This document shows, one piece after another, positions 37,813-48,869 of a stretch of 64,000 nucleotides of DNA. The stretch is taken from the NCBI GenBank assembly GCA_963815115.1, contig CAWFFN010000012.1, positions 320,001-384,000 on the forward strand, read 5' to 3'. A program made the position numbers and the translations under genes. The first letter of the stretch is position 1. Each line of letters opens with the position of its first letter. The notes under the pieces are model-generated. The model was not told the DNA's origin, did no database searches, and saw only the letters and a list, made by a program, of their open reading frames with translations. The DNA is from an uncultured delta proteobacterium (GTDB lineage Bacteria > Desulfobacterota > Binatia > DP-6).

Positions 37813-39177
37813 ATGGCGGAAGAGGAAGTCGACGTCGTCGTCGTCGGGCTCGGTCCGGGGGGCGAGGAGGTCGCCGAGCGGCTCGCCGAGGCGGGACTCC
37901 TCGTCGTCGGCGTGGAGGAGCACCTCGTGGGCGGGGAGTGCCCGTACTACGGCTGCATCCCGAGCAAGATGATGATCCGGGGCGCGGATCTGCTGGCCGA
38001 AGCACGGCGGGTCGACGGCATGGCCGGCAAGGCGTCCGTCGTGCCGGACTTCGCCCCGGTCGCGCGGCGCATCCGGAAGGAGGCCACCGACGACTGGAAC
38101 GACCGCGTCGCCGTCGAGCGCTTCGAGAAGCTCGGCGGCCGCTTCGTGCGGGGACGCGGCGTCCTCGACGGTCCCGGACGGGTGCGCGTCCGCGATCGTC
38201 TCTTCCGGGCTCGGCGTGGCGTCGTGCTCGCCACCGGGACCGCGCCCGCCGTCCCGCCCATTCCGGGCCTCGCCGACGTGTCGTACTGGACCAACCGCGA
38301 CGCGGTGAAGGCCGAGACGGCGCCCGCCTCGCTGGTCGTCCTCGGCGGCGGTGCGGTGGGCGGCGAGATGGCGCAGGCGTTCTCCCGTTTCGGCTCGCGC
38401 GTCACCCTCGTCGAGGCGGCCGAGCGCATCCTCGGGCTCGAGGAGCCCGAGGCCAGCGCCGTGATCAGTGGCGCGATGCGCGACGAAGGCATCGACGTGC
38501 GCACCGGCCGCAAGGCCGTGCGGGTGATGGCGGAGGGGAGCGCCATCACGGTACACACCGACGACGGCGCGCGTATCCAGGGCGACCGGCTGCTCGTCGC
38601 CACCGGACGGCGCATGAACCTCGCCGGCCTGGGCCTCGGCTCCGTCGGACTCGACGAGGCTGCCCACAGCGTGCAGGTGGACGAACGCTTGCGGGCGGCG
38701 GACAAGCTCTGGGCGGTCGGAGACATCACCGGCAAGGGTCTCTTCACGCACGTGGCCGTGTACCAGGCCCGCATCGTGATCGCCCACCTCCTCGGACGCG
38801 ACGCCCCGGGGGCGGACTATCGCGCGCTCGCGAGGGTCACGTTCACCGACCCGGAGGTCGGCGGCGTCGGCATGACCGAAGCGCAGGCGCGTGCGGCGGG
38901 GCTGCGCGTCCGCGTCGCCTCGGTCGAGCTGCGCAAGGTGTCGCGGGGCTGGATCCACGGCCCCGGGAACGCCGGATTCATCAAGGTGATCGAGGATGCC
39001 GATCGCGGCGTGCTGGTGGGGGCGACCTCGGTGGGACCGTGGGGCGGCGAGGTGCTCTCCGTGCTCACGCTCGCCGTGCACGCCGAGGTGTCGGTAGCGA
39101 CCCTGCGCACGATGCACTACGCTTTCCCGACCTTCCACCGCGGTGTGCTCGAGGCGGTGAGGGCGCTCGGGTCGTGA
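37813..39177 (+). CDS. Pyridine nucleotide-disulfide oxidoreductase (LpdA/MerA-like family)
   Basis: GLGPGG, GGECPYYGCIPSK disulfide, GGGAVG, WAVGDITG, FTDPEVGGVG; no C-terminal CC. Confidence 0.9.
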   Translation: MAEEEVDVVVVGLGPGGEEVAERLAEAGLLVVGVEEHLVGGECPYYGCIPSKMMIRGADLLAEARRVDGMAGKASVVPDFAPVARRIRKEATDDWNDRVAVERFEKLGGRFVRGRGVLDGPGRVRVRDRLFRARRGVVLATGTAPAVPPIPGLADVSYWTNRDAVKAETAPASLVVLGGGAVGGEMAQAFSRFGSRVTLVEAAERILGLEEPEASAVISGAMRDEGIDVRTGRKAVRVMAEGSAITVHTDDGARIQGDRLLVATGRRMNLAGLGLGSVGLDEAAHSVQVDERLRAADKLWAVGDITGKGLFTHVAVYQARIVIAHLLGRDAPGADYRALARVTFTDPEVGGVGMTEAQARAAGLRVRVASVELRKVSRGWIHGPGNAGFIKVIEDADRGVLVGATSVGPWGGEVLSVLTLAVHAEVSVATLRTMHYAFPTFHRGVLEAVRALGS

Positions 39178-39189
39178 GCGGTCGAGGCG

Positions 39190-39414
39190 TCAGCGCTTGC
39201 GGAAGCGGGCCAGCACCGGGTCGTCGGGCTCGCCGGGCAGGGGCTTCCCCCAGGGATCGGTGCGCGGGATGCGGAGCTTGGTGAGCGTATCCTGGGTGTC
39301 CTGGTTCACCCACGGCTGGCCGAGTGCACACGGGACCGGCACGCCGTTCTCCGGCTCGAGGTCGTAGGCCGGATAGGCACCCTTCTGGTAGTCGAGAAGC
39401 ATCCGCTTCGGCAC
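39190..39414 (-). CDS. Short hypothetical ORF or 3' gene remnant
   Basis: Strong GC3 codon bias over ~70 codons; no clear SD. Confidence 0.4.
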   Translation of the reverse strand: MPKRMLLDYQKGAYPAYDLEPENGVPVPCALGQPWVNQDTQDTLTKLRIPRTDPWGKPLPGEPDDPVLARFRKR

Positions 39415-39506
39415 GGTGCATCGTCTAGCCCGGCGGCCCGCAGCGGGCAACCGAGGCGATCAAAACGCCTTCCCATTTGGCCGTGCTGCTGGTCTAAGGG
39501 AACGGC

Positions 39507-40454
39507 ATGGATCGCATCGCCGTCGCCTACTCGCCGCTGCGAGATGCCTCCCCGCAGGACATCCTGGCCTGGTCGCGGCGCGCCGAGGAGCTCGGCTTCG
39601 CGGGCGTCTTCATCCCGGAGTCGTTCAACGACTCGCTGGCCTACGCCGAGGCGGTGGGGTTCGCGACCACGCGGATCAAGGTCGGGACCGGCATCACCAA
39701 CATCTACCTCCGACACCCGACGCTGCTCGCGCAGCAGGCCGCAGCGGTCCAGGAGTTCTCCGACGGACGCCTGATGCTCGGACTCGGCGTCGGTCACCGG
39801 CCGGTGAACGCGTCGCTCGGCATCGACATGGGCGACCCGCTGGAGCGGACGCGGGAGGTCGTCGGCGTGCTCCGCGCGGCCTGGGCGAAGGGCCCGCATC
39901 AGCCGCGCCCCCGCACGCCGCCGACGATCCTGGCCGCGGCGCTCGCCCGACCCATGGTCGAGCTTGCCGGCGAGGTCGCCGACGGGGTCATCTTCAACCT
40001 CTTCCCGCTCGAGCGCTACCTGAAGGCGATGGCGATGCTCCGGCGTGGCGCCGAGCGCGGAGGTCGCGACCTCGAGTCGCTCGAGGTCTGCCACTTCACC
40101 ACCGCCTACCTCGGCCCCGATCGGGCGGCGTGCCTGCACGAGGCCAAGCGCATGCTGGCGCGCTACGCCAGCCTGCAGTTCTACGGCAACATGCTCGTGC
40201 AGAGCGGGTTCGGCGCCGAGGTGGAAGCGATCCGCGCGGCCATGAAGTCGCGCGACGTCGCCGCCGCGGAGCGGGCGGTGACCGACGAGATGGCGGATGC
40301 CGTCACGCTGGTCGGCGACCCGGCTCACTGCCGCGAGCGGCTGCGGGCGTACCAGATGGCCGGCGCGACGATGTGCATCGTCTTCCCGAACCCGGTCGGC
40401 GAGAGTCGAGGAGCGGCGGTGGAGCGAGCGCTGATCGCGCTCGCGCCGCGGTAG
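39507..40454 (+). CDS. LLM-class flavin-dependent oxidoreductase
   Basis: AEELGF..VFIPE, TTRIKVGTGI, GRLMLGLGVG, MVELAGEVADG. Confidence 0.9.
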   Translation: MDRIAVAYSPLRDASPQDILAWSRRAEELGFAGVFIPESFNDSLAYAEAVGFATTRIKVGTGITNIYLRHPTLLAQQAAAVQEFSDGRLMLGLGVGHRPVNASLGIDMGDPLERTREVVGVLRAAWAKGPHQPRPRTPPTILAAALARPMVELAGEVADGVIFNLFPLERYLKAMAMLRRGAERGGRDLESLEVCHFTTAYLGPDRAACLHEAKRMLARYASLQFYGNMLVQSGFGAEVEAIRAAMKSRDVAAAERAVTDEMADAVTLVGDPAHCRERLRAYQMAGATMCIVFPNPVGESRGAAVERALIALAPR

Positions 40455-40479
40455 CCGGCGCGGCTTCGCGGCCTCGCCG

Positions 40480-43365
40480 GTGGCGATGCAGATGGCTCGG
40501 AACGACGACATGGCGGCGGCCCTTCCGGGCGGCGTGCTCTCGCGCGATCCGGCCGAGGGCGAACGCACTCTTCGGGCAAGTTCCGCACCGGCCGCTGCTC
40601 CCGCGCTTCCGACCTGGCCGAAAGGGCTCGCTGCGGCGGCGGCGGCATTTGCGGTCGTCGGCGGCTGTGTCACGCTCCTCGGATGGGCCGCCAACATCCA
40701 GCGGCTCACCGACTGGAGGAACGACGGCATCTCGATGTTTCCCAACGCCGCCGCCTGCGCCGTCGTGAGCGGCCTGGCCCTCGTGCTGAGCGGCATCGAA
40801 AGCCGGCGCTTGCCCCGGGTGAGCGCGTGGCTCGGAATCCTGGTCGCCCTGATCGGCGGCTTGACGCTGGTCGAGCACTCGAGCGGGCTCGACCTCGGCA
40901 TCGACACCCTTCTGTTCGATCGCGCGTGGGGCCAGGGCGCGGCGGCCGCTCCGATGCGCATCGGGCCGCCCGCATCCGTCTCGTTTCTCCTCGTGGGGAC
41001 GGCGCTCGCGCTCCTGGGCCGCGGGCCCCGAGCGCGTGGCGCCAGCGCCGCGTGCGGTGTGACCGTCACGGCGATCGCGATGCTCTCGCTCGTGGGCTAT
41101 CTCTACGGCGCGAGGCAGATGTATACGATCCCCGACCTGACGGGGATCGCGAGGCAGACCGCCTCGATCCTCCTCGCTCTGGGCATCGGCCTCGTGGCGA
41201 GCGCGCCCGAGCGGGAGCCGATGCGGACCGTCCTGGAGCCCGGCGCCCCGGGGATACTGGTCAGGCGAGCCTGGCCGATCGTCGTCCTGTGCTCGCTCGT
41301 GATCGGATGCCTGCGCGTGCTGATGCAGAACGAGGGTCTGGTGGACACGGCGTTCGGGACCGCGTCCGGCACCCTCGTCCAGATCACCTTGCTGACGGTC
41401 GTGCTGTGGTGGGCCGCCGGGAAGGTCCGTGGGCACGAGCGCGCGCTGCGCCGGAGCGAAGCGGAGGTGCGCCGCCAGGCCCGCCAGCTGGAGGCGTTCG
41501 TCGACACCGCGGCCATCGGCATGCACCGGGTGGGCCCGGACGGGACCATCCTGTGGGCCAACGATGCCGAGCTGGAGATCCTGGGCTATGCCCGCGAGGA
41601 GTACGTCGGGCACCACATCTCGGAGTTTCATGCCGATCGAGCCGTGCTCGCGGACATCCTGGCGCGCCTCCGGCGCGGCGAGAAGCTGTTCGAGTATCCG
41701 GCCGAGATGAGGTGCAGGGACGGCTCCCTCAAGTCCGTCCTGATCGACTCGAGCGTGCTGTGGGACGAGGGACGGTTCCTGCACACGCAGTGCTTCACGC
41801 GTGACGTCACAGAGCGGAAGAGCGCCGAGGAGTCGCGGGCTCTGCTCGCCGCGATCGTCGAGGCGTCCGACGACGCGGTCGTGAGCAAGACGGTCGAAGG
41901 CATCATCACCACCTGGAACGCCGGCGCCGAGCGCATCTTCGGCTACCCCGCGGCGGAGGCGGTCGGACGGCCGATCGAGCTCATCGTCCCGTCGGATCGG
42001 CTGGAGGAGGAACGCGAGATCCTCGCGCGCATCCGACGTGGCCAGCGCATCGAGCACTTCGAGACCGTGCGCCGCACCAAGGACGGCCGCCTGCTGGACG
42101 TCTCGCTCACCATCTCGCCGGTGAAGGACGGATCGGGACGGATCACCGGCGCCTCGAAGATCGCCCGCGACATCACGGGACGGAAGCGCGCCGAGGCGGA
42201 ACGAGAGGAGAGCACGCGCCGGAAGGACGAGTTCATCGCGATCCTCGCCCACGAGCTGCGCAATCCGCTGGCGCCGATCCGCAACGCCGCCCGCTTTCTG
42301 AAGCAGAGGGCCTCGGGCGATCCGGACCTCAGGCGTCCGATCGACATGGTCGAGCGTCAGGTGGCGCAGATGTCACGCCTCATCGACGACCTCCTCGACG
42401 TGTCGCGCATCTCACGTGGCACCCTGGACCTGCGCCGCGAGCGCGTCGCGTGCGCGGAGATCGTCGAGGCCGCAGTGGATGCCTGCCGTGACGACATCCA
42501 GGCCAAGGGACAGCATCTGCGCGTGCGCGTGCCGCGCGGGCCCGTCGAGCTGGAGGCCGACCGCGAGCGCCTCGTCCAGGTGCTCTGCAACCTGATCGGG
42601 AACGCGGCCAAGTACACCCCCACGGGCGGCGACATCGACGTCGCGGTCGACGTCGTGTCGGCCGCCGCCCTCGTCATCTCCGTCCGCGACAACGGCATCG
42701 GCATCCCGCCGGGGAAGCTCACGGAGATCTTCGATCTCTTCGCGCGGGTGGATCATTCGCTCGAGCGGCAGGGCGGCCTCGGCATCGGCCTCACGCTGGT
42801 TCGCCAGCTCGTCGAGCTGCACGGCGGGACGATCGAGGCGCATAGCGAGGGGGTGGGACACGGCAGCGAGTTCGTCGTGAAGCTTCCCGTGGTCGTGACG
42901 GCGCTGCAGGCGCCCGCCACGGTTGCGGAGCCGGGTGCCGCCGGTCCTGCGCTGCGCATCCTCGTGGCCGACGACAACCTGGACGCCGCCGAGAGCCTGG
43001 TGCTGCTCCTCCAGATGGCCGGGCACGACGTCCACGCGGTATTCGACGGGAACGCCGCGATCGGCGCCATCGAGGAGCTCCGGCCGGACGTCGCTCTCCT
43101 CGACATCGGCATGCCGGGAGCGAACGGCTACGAGGTCGCCCGGCGGGTTCGCGAGCATGCCTGGGGGAAGCAGGTGCACCTCGTCGCGCTCACGGGCTGG
43201 AGCCAGCCGGCCGACAGGCGTCGCGCGGAGGAGGCCGGCTTCGACGCGCATCTCGTAAAGCCGGTTCCCCCGGAAGCGCTCGATCGCCTGCTCGCGACGA
43301 TGAGCGGACCGCGAGACCAGCCGGCTCCCGCCAGCGAGCCGATGCGGGTGAGTCGCGGGTCGTGA
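40480..43365 (+). CDS. Hybrid sensor histidine kinase (multi-TM, 2 PAS, HisKA, HATPase, receiver)
   Basis: LAHELRNPLAPI, NLIGNAAKYT, DNGIGI, GGLGIGL, DIGMPGANG; start uncertain. Confidence 0.93.
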   Translation: MAMQMARNDDMAAALPGGVLSRDPAEGERTLRASSAPAAAPALPTWPKGLAAAAAAFAVVGGCVTLLGWAANIQRLTDWRNDGISMFPNAAACAVVSGLALVLSGIESRRLPRVSAWLGILVALIGGLTLVEHSSGLDLGIDTLLFDRAWGQGAAAAPMRIGPPASVSFLLVGTALALLGRGPRARGASAACGVTVTAIAMLSLVGYLYGARQMYTIPDLTGIARQTASILLALGIGLVASAPEREPMRTVLEPGAPGILVRRAWPIVVLCSLVIGCLRVLMQNEGLVDTAFGTASGTLVQITLLTVVLWWAAGKVRGHERALRRSEAEVRRQARQLEAFVDTAAIGMHRVGPDGTILWANDAELEILGYAREEYVGHHISEFHADRAVLADILARLRRGEKLFEYPAEMRCRDGSLKSVLIDSSVLWDEGRFLHTQCFTRDVTERKSAEESRALLAAIVEASDDAVVSKTVEGIITTWNAGAERIFGYPAAEAVGRPIELIVPSDRLEEEREILARIRRGQRIEHFETVRRTKDGRLLDVSLTISPVKDGSGRITGASKIARDITGRKRAEAEREESTRRKDEFIAILAHELRNPLAPIRNAARFLKQRASGDPDLRRPIDMVERQVAQMSRLIDDLLDVSRISRGTLDLRRERVACAEIVEAAVDACRDDIQAKGQHLRVRVPRGPVELEADRERLVQVLCNLIGNAAKYTPTGGDIDVAVDVVSAAALVISVRDNGIGIPPGKLTEIFDLFARVDHSLERQGGLGIGLTLVRQLVELHGGTIEAHSEGVGHGSEFVVKLPVVVTALQAPATVAEPGAAGPALRILVADDNLDAAESLVLLLQMAGHDVHAVFDGNAAIGAIEELRPDVALLDIGMPGANGYEVARRVREHAWGKQVHLVALTGWSQPADRRRAEEAGFDAHLVKPVPPEALDRLLATMSGPRDQPAPASEPMRVSRGS

Positions 43366-43393
43366 AGGCGGCGGGACGGCTTCCCGGACACCT

Positions 43394-44248
43394 TCAGGGC
43401 CGCGGCGGAGCGAACTGCGTGCGCAGGAAGGCGTCGAAGGCGCGGTCGGGGAGCCAGCGGCGCAGCCCCATCATGACACGCGCCGCGGCGGTGACCGGGT
43501 AGCGCGTCGCCGGCCGGGGCCTCGCGATCGCCTTCTCGATCACCCGCGCCACGGCTTCCGGGCCCGAGGCGAGGCGGCCCATGGGACCCTCGTAGGCCTC
43601 CCTGATCTTCGCGGCGACCTGGGCATTGAAGGTGGCGTACGCCGAATTGTCGCCGGCGGGCCCCTGGATGCTGCCGATCGCGGTGTCGCCGAAGCGGGTC
43701 TTGATGGGGCCCGGCTGGACCACGACGACGTCGACCCCGAACCCCCGCACCTCGAAGCGGAGCGCGTCGCTCAGCGCCTCCACGGCGTGCTTGGTGGCGT
43801 GGTAGAAGGCGCCGCCCGGGAAGGTGAGCCGGCCGCCCATGGAGCTCAGGTTGACGATCTTGCCCCAGCGCTGGCGGCGCATCCCCGGGAGCACGAGCTG
43901 GGTGAGGCGGATCAGCCCGAAGACGTTGGTCTCGAACTGGCGTCGGATCTCGTCCATCGGCGTGGCCTCGAAGGCGCCTTCCTGGCCGTAGCCGGCGTTG
44001 TTCACCAGCACGCCGACGGCGCCCTCGGCGCGCTCCACGGCGTCGACGGCCGCCCGCATCGAGCCCTCGTCGCAGACGTCGAGCGCCAGCAGACGGCAGC
44101 CGGTGGCCGCCAGATCCTGGATCGCATCGAGCCTGCGCGCGGTGGCGTAGACGGTCCACCCCGACCGGGCCAGGTGCTCCGCGGTCGCGCGGCCGATGCC
44201 CGTCGAGCACCCCGTGATCAGCACTGCCTTCGAGATGGTCGTCGCCAT
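43394..44248 (-). CDS. Short-chain dehydrogenase/reductase
   Basis: TGCSTGIG, VNNAG, YHATK. Confidence 0.93.
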   Translation of the reverse strand: MATTISKAVLITGCSTGIGRATAEHLARSGWTVYATARRLDAIQDLAATGCRLLALDVCDEGSMRAAVDAVERAEGAVGVLVNNAGYGQEGAFEATPMDEIRRQFETNVFGLIRLTQLVLPGMRRQRWGKIVNLSSMGGRLTFPGGAFYHATKHAVEALSDALRFEVRGFGVDVVVVQPGPIKTRFGDTAIGSIQGPAGDNSAYATFNAQVAAKIREAYEGPMGRLASGPEAVARVIEKAIARPRPATRYPVTAAARVMMGLRRWLPDRAFDAFLRTQFAPPRP

Positions 44249-44349
44249 GACCGGCCAACTAGATGGGTCGCACCCCTCCGGTCAATGCGTCTCGCGCGGC
44301 GCCGCTTTGAAAGGCCCGGATGCCGCTGGTACGGTCGCGTCTCCGTCCC

Positions 44350-47112
44350 ATGGACTACAAGGCCACCCTGAACCTTCCGCGCACCGACTTTCCGATGCGA
44401 GCCAACCTGCCGAAGCGCGAGCCCGAGATGCTGCGGCACTGGGCCGACCTCGGACTGTACGACCGGGTGCTGGCCCGCAACGCCGGGCGCCCGCGCTTCG
44501 TGCTGCACGACGGGCCGCCGTACGCCAACGGCGACGTCCACCTGGGCACCGCCCTCAACAAGGTGCTGAAGGACATCGTGGTGAAGTCGCGCGCGATGGC
44601 GGGCTGGCTGGCACCGTACGTGCCCGGCTGGGACTGCCACGGGCTGCCCATCGAGATGCAGGTGGAGAAGGAGCTTGGCCGCGCGAAGAAGGAGAGCATG
44701 CAGAAGGCGGAGGTCCGCGCCCTCTGTCGCGAGTACGCCACCCGCTTCGTCGGCATCCAGCGCGCCCAGTTCGAGCGCCTCGGGGTGCTCGGGGACTGGG
44801 AGCATCCCTACCTCACCATGGCCTTCGACTACGAGGCGCGCGAGGTCCGGCTGCTGGGGAGGTGCATCGAGGCCGGCTTGCTGTACCGCCGCAAGCGGCC
44901 GGTGCAGTGGTGCTGGTCGTGTCTGACGGCGCTCGCCGAGGCGGAGGTCGAGTACGCCGACATCACCTCGCCGTCGGTCTACGTGGCGTATCCCTTCGTC
45001 GATCCGCTGCCGGCACCGCTCGCCGGGCTCGACGGCGTGGCCGCCGCGGCCTGGACCACCACGCCGTGGACGCTGCCGGCGAGCCTCGCCGTGGCGGTCC
45101 ATCCGGAGCACGAGTACGTCGCCGTGACGCTCGCCGAGCGCACGCTCGTCGTGGCCGCCGCGCTCGTCCCGGCGCTCGCCGAGGCAATGGGTGTCGGCGA
45201 GCCGCCACGCGAGCTGCGCCGCTTCCGGGGTCGCGATCTCGAGGGCGCGCGCTGCCGGCATCCCTGGCTGGAGCGGGTCGTGCCGGTCGTGCTGGCCGAC
45301 TACGTCACCCTGGAGAGCGGCACGGGCCTCGTTCACACGGCGCCCGGACACGGCCAGGAGGACTACCAGACCGGCCTGCGCTACGGCCTCGACGTCCTCG
45401 CCCCGGTCGACGAGCGGGGCCGGTTCACCGACGCCGTGCCGGAGTGGAAGGGCATGCGCGTCTTCGATGCCGACGCCGACATCGTCCGGCAGCTGCGCGC
45501 CGTCGGCGGGCTCCTCGCGGCGCAGAACTTCGTCCACAGCTACCCGCACTGCTGGCGCTGCAAGAACCCCATCGTGTTCCGCGCCACCGAGCAGTGGTTC
45601 ATGGGCATGGACCTGACGGGGCTGCGGGACCGGGCGCTGGCGGAGATCGACCGCATCCGGTGGGTGCCCGAATGGGGCCGGGACCGCCTCCACGGCATGG
45701 TGGCGACGCGGCCCGACTGGTGCCTGTCGCGGCAGCGCGACTGGGGCGTGCCGATCGTCGCGCTCTTCTGCGAGACGTGCGGCGCGGAGCACACCAGCCG
45801 CGAACTCTGCGACCACGTGGCAGCCATCTTCGAGCGCGAGGGCGCGGATGCCTGGTTCACGCGCCCGATCGCCGACCTGGTCCCGCCCGCGACGCGCTGC
45901 GCGCGCTGCGGCGGCACGGAGTTCCGCCGGGAGACCGACATCCTCGACGTATGGTTCGACTCGGGCGTCAGCTGGAGCGCCGTCGTCGAGCAGCGGCCCG
46001 AGCTGGGCGGGCGTGCCGACATGTACCTGGAAGGCAGCGATCAGCACCGGGGCTGGTTCCAGAGCTCGCTGCTCACGAGCGTCGCGGTCGAGGGACGCGC
46101 ACCGTACGACGTCGTCCTCACCCACGGCTTCTTCGTCGACGGGACGGGGCGGAAGATGTCGAAGTCCGTCGGCAACGTCATCTCGGCCGAGGACATCGTC
46201 GGGCGCCATGGCGCCGAGCTGCTCCGCCTCTGGGTGGCGGCCGAGGACTACCGCGGCGACATTCCGGTGTCGGAGGAGATCCTCGGCCAGCTCGTGGACG
46301 CCTATCGCCGCCTGCGCAACACGGCGCGCTTCCTCCTGAGCAACCTGTACGACTTCGATCCCGCGCGTGACGCGGTTCCGTACGCCGCGCTGCCCGAGCT
46401 CGAGCGCTGGGCGCTGCACCGGACGCACGCGCTCGCCGGGCGCGTCCAGGCGGCGTACGAGGCGTACGAGTTCCACATCGTCCACCATGCGCTCAACACC
46501 TTCTGCGCCGTGGACCTGAGCGCCTTCTACCTCGACGTGCGCAAGGATCGGCTGTACTGCGAGCGCCCCGAGAGCACCGAGCGGCGCGGGACGCAGACCG
46601 TGCTGTACGCCATGCTCGACACGCTGGTTCGCTCGATGGCGCCGGTGCTCTCCTTCACCGCCGACGAGATCTGGACGTTCATGGCAGGCACGACGGAGCC
46701 GAGCGTCTTTCTCGCCGGGTTCGCCGAGCCGCCCGCGTCCTGGTGCGACGACGAGCTGGCGGCGCGCTACGAGCGGCTCCTGGCCGTGCGCGCGGCGGTG
46801 ACGAAGGCGATCGAGGAAGCCCGGCAGGCCGGCGTCGTGAAGCAGGGAAGCGAAGCGCACGTCACGCTGGGTGCCGGCGGCGAGCTGAGGGACCTGCTCG
46901 CCGTCCGGCTCGACGAGCTGCCCGCGCTCTTCCTCGTCGCCGAGGTCGCGCTCGGGGAGGGCGGCGCGGAGAGTCCCCTGCTGGCGGGGCTTCGCGTCGG
47001 TGTGGAGCGGGCGAGCGGAGAGAAGTGCGAGCGCTGCTGGCGCACGCTGCCGCTCGGGGGCGATTCACGTCATCCCCGGCTGTGCAGTCGCTGCGCGGCG
47101 GTCGTGGCATGA
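44350..47112 (+). CDS. ileS: Isoleucyl-tRNA synthetase (type 1)
   Basis: [37 protein letters not shown]-terminal CERCW...LCSRC. Confidence 0.97.
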   Translation: MDYKATLNLPRTDFPMRANLPKREPEMLRHWADLGLYDRVLARNAGRPRFVLHDGPPYANGDVHLGTALNKVLKDIVVKSRAMAGWLAPYVPGWDCHGLPIEMQVEKELGRAKKESMQKAEVRALCREYATRFVGIQRAQFERLGVLGDWEHPYLTMAFDYEAREVRLLGRCIEAGLLYRRKRPVQWCWSCLTALAEAEVEYADITSPSVYVAYPFVDPLPAPLAGLDGVAAAAWTTTPWTLPASLAVAVHPEHEYVAVTLAERTLVVAAALVPALAEAMGVGEPPRELRRFRGRDLEGARCRHPWLERVVPVVLADYVTLESGTGLVHTAPGHGQEDYQTGLRYGLDVLAPVDERGRFTDAVPEWKGMRVFDADADIVRQLRAVGGLLAAQNFVHSYPHCWRCKNPIVFRATEQWFMGMDLTGLRDRALAEIDRIRWVPEWGRDRLHGMVATRPDWCLSRQRDWGVPIVALFCETCGAEHTSRELCDHVAAIFEREGADAWFTRPIADLVPPATRCARCGGTEFRRETDILDVWFDSGVSWSAVVEQRPELGGRADMYLEGSDQHRGWFQSSLLTSVAVEGRAPYDVVLTHGFFVDGTGRKMSKSVGNVISAEDIVGRHGAELLRLWVAAEDYRGDIPVSEEILGQLVDAYRRLRNTARFLLSNLYDFDPARDAVPYAALPELERWALHRTHALAGRVQAAYEAYEFHIVHHALNTFCAVDLSAFYLDVRKDRLYCERPESTERRGTQTVLYAMLDTLVRSMAPVLSFTADEIWTFMAGTTEPSVFLAGFAEPPASWCDDELAARYERLLAVRAAVTKAIEEARQAGVVKQGSEAHVTLGAGGELRDLLAVRLDELPALFLVAEVALGEGGAESPLLAGLRVGVERASGEKCERCWRTLPLGGDSRHPRLCSRCAAVVA

Positions 47113-47618
47113 ACGACACCCGGCTGCGGCAGGCCCTCCTGGTCGCCCTCGCCGTGGTGGCCGTCGATCAGCTGACCAAGACCATGGTGGAGCGCTCCAT
47201 GACGCTCTACGAGAGCATCCCCATCGTGCCCGGGTTCTCGCTCACCTATGTGCGCAACACCGGCGCGGCGTTCGGCATGCTCGGCGGCGCGCCGTCGGCG
47301 TTCCGGCTGCCGCTCTTCCTGCTCGTCACCGCGGTCGCGATCTGGGCGCTGATCTCCTACCTGCGCGCCAGCCCGACCCATCGCCGCTCCCTGGTCTGGT
47401 CGCTCGGGGGCATCCTCGGCGGCGCCGTCGGCAACTTCATCTGCCGCATGCGCTACGGGGAGGTGGTCGATTTCTTTCACCTCCACTACGGCGCCTGGAG
47501 CTGGCCGATGTTCAACGTCGCCGACTCGGCGATCACCGTCGGCGTGGCGATCGTCCTGCTCGAGTCTCTGCGGGGCGGTGCCGAGAGTCGAGAGCAGCCG
47601 GTCACGACGGCTCGTTGA
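47109..47618 (+). CDS. lspA: Lipoprotein signal peptidase
   Basis: DQLTK, NTGAAFG, VVDF, FNVAD; ATGA overlap with ileS. Confidence 0.93.
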   Translation: MNDTRLRQALLVALAVVAVDQLTKTMVERSMTLYESIPIVPGFSLTYVRNTGAAFGMLGGAPSAFRLPLFLLVTAVAIWALISYLRASPTHRRSLVWSLGGILGGAVGNFICRMRYGEVVDFFHLHYGAWSWPMFNVADSAITVGVAIVLLESLRGGAESREQPVTTAR

Positions 47619-48678
47619 GCGGCGGGGCCGGGTGGCGCTCGGCCTCGCGCAGGCGGACGAGGACGCGTTCGGCAATCTCGTGAAAGGCCCGGCCGTAGGC
47701 GCTCGCCGGCTCGGCGGCGACGATGGGCAGGCCGCGATCACCCGCCTCGCGCACCGCTCGCGCGAGCGGGATCTCGCCGAGAAACGGCACGCCCAGCTCG
47801 CGTGCCATCGCCGCCCCCCCGCCGTGCCCGAAGAGATCGGCCCGCGCCCCGCAGCCGGGGCAGAGATGATAGCTCATGTTCTCGATCACCCCGAGCACCG
47901 GCACCTGCACCTGCCGGAACATCTGCAGTCCCCGGCGCACGTCCGCGAGCGCCACGTCCTGGGGCGTCGTCACGATGACCCCGCCGCTGAGCGGAACCTG
48001 CTGCGTCAGCGTGAGCTGGACGTCCCCGGTGCCGGGGGGAAGGTCGAGCACCAGGACGTCGAGCTCCCCCCAATCGCAGTTGCGGAGGAACTCGACGATG
48101 AGCTTGGTCAGCATGGGACCGCGCCAGATGACCGGGGTCTCGTCGGCGAGGAACATGCCCATCGAGATCACCGACAGGCCGTGCCGTCGGATCGGCTGGA
48201 GCCGCTTGCCTTCGCCGCTGCGAGCCTTGTCGGTGATGCCGAGCATCAGGGGAACGCTGGGGCCGTACACGTCGGCGTCCATCAGCCCCGTGCGCTGTCC
48301 CAGCCCGGCGAGCGCGAGCGCCAGGTTCGTCGCGACGGTCGACTTGCCGACGCCTCCCTTGCCGCTCGCGACGGCGAGGATGCTCCCGATGCCGGTGACT
48401 GCCTGCGGCCCGCTGCGGGCGGCCGGCGCGGGAGCCGGGGCCTGCTGGCGCACGATCGTCAGGTGCTCCGCGCCCGGGATTCCCGCGAGCGCCTCCCGGA
48501 CCGAGGCCTCGATGTCGCGGACGACCTCCTCGTTGGCAGTGCTCGGGGTCAGGGTCACCGTGACCCCACCCGACGATACCTCGATGTCGCGCACCAGGCC
48601 GAAGGAGACGATGTCCCGGGTGAAACCGGGGTACGGGATGGATCGGAGGCGCTCCAGGAGCTCCTGGGGGGTAGGCAC
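47602..48678 (-). CDS. mrp: Mrp/ApbC Fe-S cluster carrier ATPase
   Basis: SGKGGVGKST, DADVYGPS, WRGPM, DLPPGTGD, ENMS..CPGC. Confidence 0.93.
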   Translation of the reverse strand: MPTPQELLERLRSIPYPGFTRDIVSFGLVRDIEVSSGGVTVTLTPSTANEEVVRDIEASVREALAGIPGAEHLTIVRQQAPAPAPAARSGPQAVTGIGSILAVASGKGGVGKSTVATNLALALAGLGQRTGLMDADVYGPSVPLMLGITDKARSGEGKRLQPIRRHGLSVISMGMFLADETPVIWRGPMLTKLIVEFLRNCDWGELDVLVLDLPPGTGDVQLTLTQQVPLSGGVIVTTPQDVALADVRRGLQMFRQVQVPVLGVIENMSYHLCPGCGARADLFGHGGGAAMARELGVPFLGEIPLARAVREAGDRGLPIVAAEPASAYGRAFHEIAERVLVRLREAERHPAPPLNEPS

Positions 48679-48717
48679 GCTCCGCGCTTACCAATCGCAC
48701 GCGAGGCTCGCAAGGGC

Positions 48718-48734
48718 TGCGCAAGTGGCATGCA
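48718..48734. promoter_or_regulatory. NtrC/bEBP-like enhancer box TGC-N11-GCA
   Basis: TGCGCAAGTGGCATGCA about 105 bp upstream of a sigma54 -24 element. Confidence 0.45.
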
Positions 48735-48838
48735 TTCATGCGAGGAAAGGACGGCTATGCCGTATCTTCTTTACACGATCTGGCGACTTTGGAGCCTTTC
48801 CTAGGGACCCCCGCAAGGAGTTTTCAGCCCTTTTGGGC

Positions 48839-48854
48839 TGGCACAGGCCTTGCT
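48839..48854 (+). promoter_or_regulatory. Sigma54 (-24/-12) promoter
   Basis: TGGCAC-AGGCC-TTGCT, consensus match upstream of XRE gene. Confidence 0.8.
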
Positions 48855-48869
48855 CTAGGCAAGACCTAG

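Noticed and set aside
37813-39177. Mercuric reductase MerA
   Set aside because: No C-terminal Cys-Cys pair, no NmerA domain, no mer genes nearby
44249-44349. Possible T-box riboswitch upstream of ileS
   Set aside because: Only ~100 bp, occupied by two divergent promoter-like sequences; no T-box motif seen
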